NCBI GenBank assembly: GCA_965371305.1
Contig: CBDUXY010000001.1
Location: 1-45,102, forward strand
DNA: 45,102 nt
From: an uncultured bacterium
Lineage (GTDB): Bacteria > Desulfobacterota > GWC2-55-46 > DRQE01
Reading direction: 5' to 3'
Under the pieces are notes generated by a model, which saw nothing but the letters and a program-made list of their open reading frames with translations, was not told the DNA's origin and searched no databases. The number at the start of each line of letters is the position of its first letter. Within the stretch, counting starts at the first letter, position 1. The position numbers were made by a program, and so were the translations under genes. This document shows, piece after piece, positions 33,062 to 40,966 of the stretch.

Positions 33062-34402
33062 ATGGGGGAAAATTTTAATGAATTACTCCGTAGCTTGCTA
33101 CAGGGTATCAAAAGGAAATATGATCCTAAAAACCCCGCAACAAGCTACGCGAAATTAACCCCGCCATCTGGGATTAAAAACATGAATTACTGCGTGCGCG
33201 TCCTTGGTGGTTGTTTTTTTCTAATTATTTTTTTATTTTTTTCCTCTTTCATCACCAATGCCGGTGAATACCACGCGACAAGTGAAGAGACCTATTCGGG
33301 CACGGAGACCCTTGCCTGCTCACAGTGCCATACCATGCACGGCTCTCAGGGAGGCACTGACTCTCTTTTTTATGTCGGAGGCGGGCCGAATCTTAAACTC
33401 TTGAGGGCTTCATCCATACTTAACCTGTGTCTTTTCTGTCACGGTGACACCAACCCGGGTCCTGTTGAGTGGGATAGCAGAACTCCGCCTCAGATAGTAG
33501 ATAACAAGCAGGGACCTGCTGCGGCAAGTTACGTGCCTTCCGGTGGGGACTTTATGGATAGAACCGTTGTAAATGAGGCCAACCGCCACAGCTTGGATAA
33601 AGACGTTTCGGCCGCAATCGATGAGCCGCCCGGATACAACGGCACATGGAGCGACGTTGTCACCCGTTACAGTCCTAAATTTAACTGCCTTTACTGTCAT
33701 GACCAGCACGGCAACAGTAATTTCAGGAATCTCAGGTACGACCCCGGAACTCCTGAAAACGATAATCGTAACGACCCTGACCGTGTTGTGATTACTTTTG
33801 CGTACGACCCGGTGTCCGACCCCGACGACAATACCAAGGACGTTAATTACTGGGGCCCTGGGGCGGACACGCCGGTTGGTAACAAATTTACAAGAACGAA
33901 CGTCAGGTTTCGCAGGGCGCCGCTTGATACAGATTTGCCCGTAAGGGGCATATCGGCTTTTTGCGGTAAGTGCCATATGGATTTTTGGGGCGAGAGCGGG
34001 GATGCAAACGTCGGTGGTTCTATTTCGGGTGGACTCGGTGCCGGGGATGACAATTCCGCCTCAGACAGTCCCTGGGTAAGACACCCTGTTGACGATATAA
34101 GTATCGGGCTTGCAAATTCAAACCTCCACGCAGACCTTTCAAACTGGAGCGGTATCGCCGCAACCGCCAAGGCCCGCCACATAGACCCGACAGACACGGG
34201 TGATTTCGGCGAGGACCAGCCTTTTTGCCTCTCCTGTCATTACGCCCACGGCGGCGGCAACCCGAACTTCGCGGGAGTCTCTGAGTACGACCACAGTAAC
34301 CTTGCCATGAAGGACAGCACGGGATTGGTGAATATAGATCCTTCTTATGATACCGCAAGCGGCAGGATTAGAAACGTCTGTCAGCAGTGCCATAACCAGT
34401 AA
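33062..34402 (+). CDS. Hexahaem c-type cytochrome, OmcS-like, paralogue 2
   Basis: GAGGT lies 5 nt before ATG 33062. The alternative ATG 33182 (MNYCVRVLGG..) would remove a 40-aa N-terminal extension. Motifs: CSQCHTMHGS, CLFCHGD, GGDF, CLYCHDQHG, CGKCHMDFW, VRHPVD, CLSCHYAHGG, and C-terminal CQQCHNQ. Confidence 0.75.
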   Translation: MGENFNELLRSLLQGIKRKYDPKNPATSYAKLTPPSGIKNMNYCVRVLGGCFFLIIFLFFSSFITNAGEYHATSEETYSGTETLACSQCHTMHGSQGGTDSLFYVGGGPNLKLLRASSILNLCLFCHGDTNPGPVEWDSRTPPQIVDNKQGPAAASYVPSGGDFMDRTVVNEANRHSLDKDVSAAIDEPPGYNGTWSDVVTRYSPKFNCLYCHDQHGNSNFRNLRYDPGTPENDNRNDPDRVVITFAYDPVSDPDDNTKDVNYWGPGADTPVGNKFTRTNVRFRRAPLDTDLPVRGISAFCGKCHMDFWGESGDANVGGSISGGLGAGDDNSASDSPWVRHPVDDISIGLANSNLHADLSNWSGIAATAKARHIDPTDTGDFGEDQPFCLSCHYAHGGGNPNFAGVSEYDHSNLAMKDSTGLVNIDPSYDTASGRIRNVCQQCHNQ

Positions 34403-34471
34403 CCACCTTCTCTAAAGGCTTGGAATCCCTGCCAGAGCAAAATATTTTTTAGTGAGGTAAGACTATAAATC

Positions 34472-35317
34472 ATGAGAGTTCTTTTATTTATTAAAACAGC
34501 GCTTCAGGGCGTTTTGTTCGTTTTGCTGATTGTTTCGGTATCCACTGCATTTGCCGCAGCCGACCATTTGCACGGCAAGGGGCATGAAGGCTTAGCGGTT
34601 TCACAACACAGGGCACAGGACGGAGCAGGGCAAGCGAGAAGCGTCGCCAGGGCAAAGGCAGAGTTAAAAAGGCTCGAACTTGTCTATAAACAGGGCGGAG
34701 GCACGTGGCAGGACTTAAACAGGCTTGGTGTCCTCTACCTTCATGAGAGAAACTATACCGAGTCGATTAAAATGCTGCGTCAGGCAACGTTAAGAAAGCC
34801 AGGGCATCAGAAAGCACACGAATCGCTCGGCATGGCCTATTTTAGAAACGGTGAGTTTGACATGGCAGCCAAATCCTGGGGCAGGGCAAGTGAGATTGCG
34901 CCGCAAGTAGCTTATTTAAAGATGCTTGTCAAGACTGCTCGGGAAAAATCTGGGCTTTTAAAAGAGGCAGAGAAACTTAAAAATGATCTGAAAAAACCAG
35001 GTGCGCCTTTTGAAAAACGCCGTGATCTTGCAATCCTTTACGCCCGTACCGGTAGGCTTGACCTGGCAACTTTTGAGCTTTTAAAGGCAATAGAAAAGAA
35101 CCCCGAGGTGGCCGGACTGCACGATATCCTTGCACGTATTTATGCAAGGATAGGGGATTACAAGAGGGCCGTCGCCACTGAGAAGATCGCAGTGAAACTT
35201 AGTCCGGATAACGAGACCTTCAGAAAAACCCTTGCCGAGATGGAAAACCTCTCCAGCGCCATTGCAAAGGGTGAGTTTCACGATAGAGGTGGTTCGGAAG
35301 AAAAGCCTTCAGAATAA
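34472..35317 (+). CDS. Secreted TPR protein (TPR-4)
   Basis: Signal ..VSTAFA, followed by TPR repeats (YLHERNYTESIKMLRQA.., ARIYARIGDYKRAV..). Confidence 0.7.
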   Translation: MRVLLFIKTALQGVLFVLLIVSVSTAFAAADHLHGKGHEGLAVSQHRAQDGAGQARSVARAKAELKRLELVYKQGGGTWQDLNRLGVLYLHERNYTESIKMLRQATLRKPGHQKAHESLGMAYFRNGEFDMAAKSWGRASEIAPQVAYLKMLVKTAREKSGLLKEAEKLKNDLKKPGAPFEKRRDLAILYARTGRLDLATFELLKAIEKNPEVAGLHDILARIYARIGDYKRAVATEKIAVKLSPDNETFRKTLAEMENLSSAIAKGEFHDRGGSEEKPSE

Positions 35318-35321
35318 CACA

Positions 35322-35331
35322 GGGGGGGGGG
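35322..35331 (+). repeat. G10 homopolymer
   Basis: Ten consecutive G residues, 5 nt after the TPR-4 stop codon. Confidence 0.9.
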
Positions 35332-35487
35332 TAAAAACCTGCTACAGCACCTTTGTTAAAGAGTGTTTTACACGTTTTTTGGTCGAGATGTATTTTTTTT
35401 CTTGCAACTTTGAATGAAATCTTGTTACAGTACTCAGTATCATAATATATCAACCATTATATATTCTAATCAAAAGGAGAAAAAAAG

Positions 35488-35772
35488 ATGCCGGCAAAAC
35501 CATTAACCAAGTCTCAGGTAATTGATCATCTTTCAAAGAAATCAGGTCTAACAAAAAAAGTCACCACAGAGTTTATTAACGAGTTGTCACTTCTTGCCTA
35601 CAAACAGGCCAAGAATGATTTCACCATTCCAGGCATAGGAAAACTCGTTGTGGTCAAGAGAAAAGCCAGAAAAGGCAGAAATCCTCAGACCGGCGAAGAG
35701 ATAAAGATACCGGCTAAAAAGATTTTGAAGTTCAAAGTATCAAAGGCTTGCAAGGACGCTGTACTTGGCTAA
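35488..35772 (+). CDS. HU/IHF-family DNA-binding protein
   Basis: AAGGAG lies 8 nt before the ATG. 94 aa, with the family arm motif RKGRNPQTGEEIKIPA. Confidence 0.85.
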   Translation: MPAKPLTKSQVIDHLSKKSGLTKKVTTEFINELSLLAYKQAKNDFTIPGIGKLVVVKRKARKGRNPQTGEEIKIPAKKILKFKVSKACKDAVLG

Positions 35773-35790
35773 CGGCTGATTTTTCAAGAG

Positions 35791-35879
35791 GCGGCAAGGG
35801 GCGGCAAGGGGCGGTTAGGACTGTTTAATTGGAATATGAATTCATTTTATAGAATATTATACACTCAGTCTAACCGCCC
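35791..35879 (+). repeat. GCGGCAAGGG x2.5 tandem repeat running into a long inverted repeat (GGGCGGTTAG(G)ACTG ... CAGTCTAACCGCCC)
   Basis: ~14-bp arms with one bulge, and a ~42-nt AT-rich loop containing a GAATTC palindrome. Lies directly downstream of the HU-like gene and may act as a terminator or binding site. Confidence 0.55.
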
Positions 35880-36086
35880 ATTTCTTTTCATTTTATGTTA
35901 GCTTTGTACTGTTTTGTTTAAGAGTTATGGTTTGTTTACCTCCCCCCTTTTCTCCTTTTCCGTTGAATCCCCTTTTTTGTACCGTCTTTGTCCAACAATT
36001 AATCCCGCTCTGTTTTGTTGTGTATTTTAAAGATAATATGCTTGTATTTCCTTGCCCTTTTCCCTATGGTGTGTTAATTTTCATGC

Positions 36087-37052
36087 ATGAACGTACTCGT
36101 TACAGGCGGCGCCGGTTTTATCGGCTCACATCTTGTTCACGCTCTACTTCGCAGGGGGGAGAGGGTTATTGTAATAGACGACTTTAACGACTATTACGAC
36201 CCGGCACTCAAGCGTGAAAACGTAGAGCCTTTTCTTGAAAACCCGAACTTCAAGCTGCACGAAGCGGACATAAGAGACCGTAAAACCCTTGACGGTATAC
36301 TCAGCGAAGACCCCCCGCACGTGGTCTGTCACCTTGCGGCAAGGGCAGGGGTGAGGCCCTCTATTAAAGACCCCATCCTTTATGAAGAGGTCAACACGCT
36401 TGGCACTCTTAATATCCTTGAGGCCGTAAAGGGGTTGAAGCTGAAGAACTTCGTTTTTGCCTCCTCTTCATCCGTATACGGCATAAACTCAAAAATTCCA
36501 TTCTCAGAGGACGACAGGATCGAGAGTACCATAAGCCCTTACGCCGCCACTAAAAGGGCGTGTGAGCTTCTCCTGTACTCTTACGCTCATCTATATTCAA
36601 TTCCTGTAACCTGCCTTCGTTTTTTTACCGTTTACGGCGAGCGGGGAAGGCCGGATATGGCTATTGCCCGCTTTACCGGCTTTATTAACGAGGGCCGCGA
36701 GGTGCCTGTGTACGGCGACGGCACGGCAAGGCGCGACTTTACATTCATAAGCGACATCATAACCGGCCTTGTGGCATCGGTCTATACGCCTTTCCCGTAT
36801 GAGATTATAAACCTTGGCGGCGCCCATACCATAGAGGTAAACGAACTTATCACAATTATTGAGAGCAAGCTTGGGAAGACCGCCAAGATAAGGCATATGG
36901 CCGTTGCCGCGGGAGATCCGCCCGTGACCTCGGCAGACGTTACCAAGGCGCAAAATCTCATTGCCTTTAAGCCTGCCGTCACTATTGAAGAAGGCATCGA
37001 GCGTTACGTAAAGTGGTACCTTAAAAGAGAAGAAGACCACCAGCCGGCCTGA
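36087..37052 (+). CDS. NAD-dependent epimerase/dehydratase (UDP-glucuronate 4-epimerase-like SDR)
   Basis: VLVTGGAGFIGSHL Rossmann motif. DDFNDYYDPALKR is typical of UDP-GlcA 4-epimerases. YAATK catalytic motif. Confidence 0.8.
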   Translation: MNVLVTGGAGFIGSHLVHALLRRGERVIVIDDFNDYYDPALKRENVEPFLENPNFKLHEADIRDRKTLDGILSEDPPHVVCHLAARAGVRPSIKDPILYEEVNTLGTLNILEAVKGLKLKNFVFASSSSVYGINSKIPFSEDDRIESTISPYAATKRACELLLYSYAHLYSIPVTCLRFFTVYGERGRPDMAIARFTGFINEGREVPVYGDGTARRDFTFISDIITGLVASVYTPFPYEIINLGGAHTIEVNELITIIESKLGKTAKIRHMAVAAGDPPVTSADVTKAQNLIAFKPAVTIEEGIERYVKWYLKREEDHQPA

Positions 37053-37056
37053 CCGT

Positions 37057-37144
37057 GCTACAGAGCCCACCCTGTGGAGCCGCTTGCCCCGGAATCTTTA
37101 TTGATATACCACATTTTTAAGCCCCGTAGCTTGGCTCAGGGGTA
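37057..37144 (+). repeat. REP/BIME-like intergenic repeat, copy f
   Basis: GCTACAGAGCCCACCCTGTGG..CTTTATTGATATACCAC..GCCCCGTAGCTTGGCTCAGGGG, collinear with the reverse complement of copy e. Confidence 0.6.
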
Positions 37145-37172
37145 GAAGACGTCTCAGGAGTGATCAATAAAC

Positions 37173-38243
37173 ATGAAAAAAATATTTATTACCGACATAA
37201 AGCAGGGTGAAAGGGTGCGGGACACTTTTCTTGTGTCCAAGAAAGAAACAGGCGTTAGCAAGACCGGTAAGCCCTATCTTTCGCTTCGCTTTTGCGATAA
37301 CACGGGCGAGCTTGAGGCCCGTGTCTGGGACGACGCAGAGGCCATAGGGGCTAACTTCGACCTAAACGACGTGGTAAAAGTCACGGCCCATGCCACAAGT
37401 TATCGCGGCATGGTGCAGCTTAACGTAACGTCGGTCACAAAATCCGCCCCCGGGGAGTATAAAATAGGCGATTACCTGCCTGCCTCGGAGCGAGACGCGG
37501 ATGAGATGATGGCAGAGGTTGACTTGGCTGTATCGCAAATGACGGACACGCATCTGCGCGCCCTGTTAACTGCCATGCTTTCTGATCCGGACCTGCGCCC
37601 TCGCTTTATGCTTGCCCCGGCTGCAAAGGCCATGCACCACCCCTTCATAAGCGGGCTTCTGGAGCACGTAGCGTCTCTTTGCAAGCTTGGAGAACTCGTT
37701 TGCTCTCATTATAAAAAACTGAATAAAGACCTGCTCACAGCCGGTCTTATCCTGCACGACATAGGTAAGATATACGAGCTTAGTTACGACCGGTCGATTG
37801 GTTATACAGATGAAGGTCGGCTTATCGGGCATATAACGATCGGGGTTGAGCTAATAGACGACTGGATAAAAAAGACCCCGGAGTTCCCTGACAAGCTCGC
37901 AATGCTTCTAAAACACATGATACTTTCCCACCACGGCATCCTTGAATACGGCTCGCCAAAGAGGCCAAAGACCCTTGAGGCCCTTGTGCTGCATTTCCTT
38001 GACGACATGGACGCAAAGGTTAATACGTTCGAGACCCTGATTTACGGCGACTCAGGGCAGGGCGACTGGTCCGATTACCAGCGCTTGCTTGAGAGGTATG
38101 TGTATAAGGGCAGGTACGAGCCGCAGGCAGGGTCAGGCGCAGCCCCGGTTGCGCCCTTAAACCCTGACGACGCGCCCGCGCCCGAGTTCGGCCCTGACAC
38201 AGAGAAGTCCGCCAAAACTGGCGAAGACATGAAGCTTTTTTAG
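37173..38243 (+). CDS. OB-fold plus HD-domain phosphohydrolase (YhaM-like 3'-5' exoribonuclease family)
   Basis: N-terminal OB fold (..GKPYLSLRFCDNTGELEARVWD..), an HD domain (LHDIGKI, SHHG) and a Pro/Ala-rich tail. Confidence 0.7.
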   Translation: MKKIFITDIKQGERVRDTFLVSKKETGVSKTGKPYLSLRFCDNTGELEARVWDDAEAIGANFDLNDVVKVTAHATSYRGMVQLNVTSVTKSAPGEYKIGDYLPASERDADEMMAEVDLAVSQMTDTHLRALLTAMLSDPDLRPRFMLAPAAKAMHHPFISGLLEHVASLCKLGELVCSHYKKLNKDLLTAGLILHDIGKIYELSYDRSIGYTDEGRLIGHITIGVELIDDWIKKTPEFPDKLAMLLKHMILSHHGILEYGSPKRPKTLEALVLHFLDDMDAKVNTFETLIYGDSGQGDWSDYQRLLERYVYKGRYEPQAGSGAAPVAPLNPDDAPAPEFGPDTEKSAKTGEDMKLF

Positions 38244-38264
38244 CCCGCATTGTGGGTTTAATTG
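38243..38264 (+). repeat. REP-like hairpin, copy g (GCCCGCATTGTGGGTTTAATT)
   Basis: Single hairpin module with the same GGGTTTAAT junction as copies a, b and h. Confidence 0.45.
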
Positions 38265-38323
38265 TTGTTGTACGTGATAACTGATTTTGGTTGTATTAAC
38301 CGGCAATTCGGGAGGAAACCCTT

Positions 38324-40099
38324 TTGAAGCCAGGTCCCTTACACAGATTTTTTCTAATCCCCTGTTTTATCCTTTTCTTTCTTTTCATAATTTCAAGTTG
38401 CGACAAACCAAGCTATGATTCTCTTGCAAGGGCTTCGAAGGCCGGGAAAATAGAGGCAGTGCGCGATCAGATTAAAATGGGCGTTGACGTAAACGAGATG
38501 ACCTTGGACGGTTATACTGCGTTAATGTTGGCGTCAAGGGAAGGGCATACGGAAGTAGTGAGGTTGCTTATTGAAAGCGGCGCAGATGTTAATCTCCGAA
38601 AAGACAATAATACTTATACGGCACTGTTGCTTGCGAGCAATATGGATATAATACGGATACTGGTAAAGAGTGGGGCTGATTTAAATGTAAGGAGTGAGCA
38701 AGGACATAACGTATTAAGTGATGCTTTAGAAGAAGGCAAGATAGAACTGGTAAGATTTTTTGTTGAAAGCGGTATTAATGTAGATATAAAGGGAATTTAT
38801 GACAGAACTGCATTAATAACAGCGGCAGAGAATGGGCACGTAGAGATTGCAAATTTGATGATTGAGAAAGGCGCAGACGTTAATGAAAAAGACGAGCATG
38901 GTAGAACAGCCCTGGACTCGGCTGAACGTATGGATATCATTAAGATGATCGTTGAAAAGGGTGGTATGTCTGGTAAGGGGGAAGATAATTATAATGATCC
39001 GATGGCTTCTGCGGTTAATCGGGGGGATTTTGAAGCGGTTAAGTTTTTTATAGAGCTTGGCGCAGATGTAAACGAAGAAGAATATACGGAAGGGATCCCA
39101 TACGTTGTAGTAGCTGCAATGAAAGGTCGTCTGGACATTTTAAAACTTTTGCATAAACACGGAGCGAATTTAAACGTCAGTCATGATGAGTTGGCAATGA
39201 GCCCGATTGCCCTTGCTGTTAAAAATAAAAATACAGAGATGTTAACGTTTCTATTAGAGAGTGGGGCCGATATAAACGGTGGGCATGGCGTGCCACCGAT
39301 TGTAGTTGCATCTAAAGACTGGGATGTTGAAACAATAAAGTTTCTGATTGAAAAAGGGGCCGACGTTAACGCTCAATTTGTAAGTGAGTATCATGGAACA
39401 GGAGGAACCGTTTTGATGTCTGCGTTTGCCAGGAAGGACATGGATTTTGCCAACTATCTCCTGAAGCACGGCGCGGATGTGAATGCGAAAGGTATATTTG
39501 ATTATACTGCTCTTATGGGAGCGGCAGCAAAAGGAGATACAGACGTTGCACAGTTTTTAATTAATAATGGCGTTGATATAAATGCAAGTAATTTGTCCGG
39601 TTCTACTGCTCTGGGCATGGCAGCAGGAAGCGAGCAATTTGAGTTAATGAAGTTGCTTATTAAAAACGGCGCTGATATCAATTCAAAGGAAGGTGACGGT
39701 AATCCAGCGCTTTTGACGGCTTCATTTAATGGAAAAATAGAATCTGTAAAGTTTCTTCTTAAGAATGGAGCAGAGGTGGATGCAAGGAATAAACGTGGAG
39801 GGACTGCACTTATGCAAGCCGCTGCATTTGACCATTTAGATATCGCGAAGTTTCTCCTGGAAAATGGTGCAGACGTGAATGCAAAATATAATAGTGGTGA
39901 AAGCGTATTAATGCTTGTAGTTAGAATGAATCGCCCTGCAATTGTGGAGGAACTCATTAAAAACAAAGCTGATATAAACGCAAAAGATAAAGACGGGCAC
40001 ACGGCTCTGTGGCATGCTCAGGATAAAAGCCGGGGTAATATCTTGAAACTCCTTAAGGCCGCCGGAGCAAAATATGAGACAAACCAGGAAAAAAACTAA
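38324..40099 (+). CDS. Ankyrin-repeat lipoprotein (ANK-1, about 17 repeats)
   Basis: GGAGG lies 8 nt before TTG 38324. Lipobox IISSC. Repeated G.TALM.AA..GH...V..L...GADVN units throughout. Confidence 0.85.
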   Translation: MKPGPLHRFFLIPCFILFFLFIISSCDKPSYDSLARASKAGKIEAVRDQIKMGVDVNEMTLDGYTALMLASREGHTEVVRLLIESGADVNLRKDNNTYTALLLASNMDIIRILVKSGADLNVRSEQGHNVLSDALEEGKIELVRFFVESGINVDIKGIYDRTALITAAENGHVEIANLMIEKGADVNEKDEHGRTALDSAERMDIIKMIVEKGGMSGKGEDNYNDPMASAVNRGDFEAVKFFIELGADVNEEEYTEGIPYVVVAAMKGRLDILKLLHKHGANLNVSHDELAMSPIALAVKNKNTEMLTFLLESGADINGGHGVPPIVVASKDWDVETIKFLIEKGADVNAQFVSEYHGTGGTVLMSAFARKDMDFANYLLKHGADVNAKGIFDYTALMGAAAKGDTDVAQFLINNGVDINASNLSGSTALGMAAGSEQFELMKLLIKNGADINSKEGDGNPALLTASFNGKIESVKFLLKNGAEVDARNKRGGTALMQAAAFDHLDIAKFLLENGADVNAKYNSGESVLMLVVRMNRPAIVEELIKNKADINAKDKDGHTALWHAQDKSRGNILKLLKAAGAKYETNQEKN

Positions 40100-40134
40100 A
40101 ACAAGAAAACCGTGCTTGTTTTAGATTCTGGTGC

Positions 40135-40143
40135 TGATATAAT
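40135..40143 (+). promoter_or_regulatory. Candidate extended -10 promoter (TGaTATAAT)
   Basis: The same 9-mer as at 28012. Lies 22 nt before ATG 40165, with GGAG in between. Confidence 0.35.
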
Positions 40144-40164
40144 ACAATGTGGAGTTGTGTAAAC

Positions 40165-40836
40165 ATGTCGAAAAATCTTTTTGATTTTAAGGCGGTTGGG
40201 GCCTTTGCCGTGCTTGTTTTAGTTGCTTCGGGTTGCGCAAGGCCGCCGGTCGTAGAGGAGGCGCCTTTGCTCGCTGCGGCTGCTATGAGCGGCGACGCCG
40301 AGCAGGTGCGCGAGCTTGTAAAAGGCGGCGCCGACCTTGAGGCAAGGAGCGAGGACGGCACAAGTTTTCTTATGGCAGCCGTGTGGAAGGGGCAGGCAGG
40401 CGTTGTGCGAGAGCTTGTGACCTCCGGAGCGGACGTAAATGTTCGCAATGACAGCGGTATGTCTGCAATCTCGGTTGCTTCGGCCATGGGGCACAGCGAG
40501 GTAGTTGTTTTCCTGATTGAAAACAAGGCCGACGTGAACAGTGAAGACCTTGGCGGATGGACGGCGCTTCGGCTTGCCGCGTGGAACGGTCACGGCGATG
40601 TTGTTGGTATCCTGGCAGGCGCCGGGGCTTACGTGAATGCGCGCGACGACGACGGACGCACAGCTTTAATGAACGCCGCGTGGCGCGGGCACGCGGATAT
40701 GGTAAGAGTGCTCATAAAAAACGGGGCGGACGTGAGCTTTAAGGATAAGGGCGGTATGACTGCTCTTTTGCTTGCGCAAATAAAAGGCCACACTAAAGTT
40801 GTTGAAGTGCTAAAGAACGCGGCCGTTAAAGAGTAG
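40165..40836 (+). CDS. Ankyrin-repeat lipoprotein (ANK-2)
   Basis: Lipobox LVASGC. About 6 canonical repeats. Visibly more GC-rich than ANK-1 and ANK-4. Confidence 0.85.
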   Translation: MSKNLFDFKAVGAFAVLVLVASGCARPPVVEEAPLLAAAAMSGDAEQVRELVKGGADLEARSEDGTSFLMAAVWKGQAGVVRELVTSGADVNVRNDSGMSAISVASAMGHSEVVVFLIENKADVNSEDLGGWTALRLAAWNGHGDVVGILAGAGAYVNARDDDGRTALMNAAWRGHADMVRVLIKNGADVSFKDKGGMTALLLAQIKGHTKVVEVLKNAAVKE

Positions 40837-40854
40837 TCAGGATTTGTTGTTCTT

Positions 40855-40946
40855 ATTTAATCCCGCATGGCGGGTTTGATGACCACAGCTTGCTGCGAGG
40901 TTTAACCATTATATTTACTTTTGATACCTTGCCTCTTGCTGCGAGG
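40855..40946 (+). repeat. REP/BIME-like intergenic repeat, copy h
   Basis: TAATCCCGCATGGCGGGTTTGAT..GCTGCGAGGTTTAACC..TTTTGATACC..GCTGCGAGGTG. This is the closest match to copy a. Confidence 0.6.
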
Positions 40947-40966
40947 TGTTGCATTGGAGCCGGGAC

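Noticed and set aside
33410-34393. Several antisense ORFs (188, 116, 112 and 84 aa) inside OmcS-like gene 2, and similar ones inside gene 1 (26820-27378).
   Set aside because: They lie fully within CDSs that have six ordered heme motifs. Their products are Arg/Pro-rich without features.
35927-36187. 86-aa ORF upstream of and overlapping the epimerase gene.
   Set aside because: It runs out of frame into the well-supported Rossmann-fold N-terminus. The peptide is Pro/Phe-rich and featureless.
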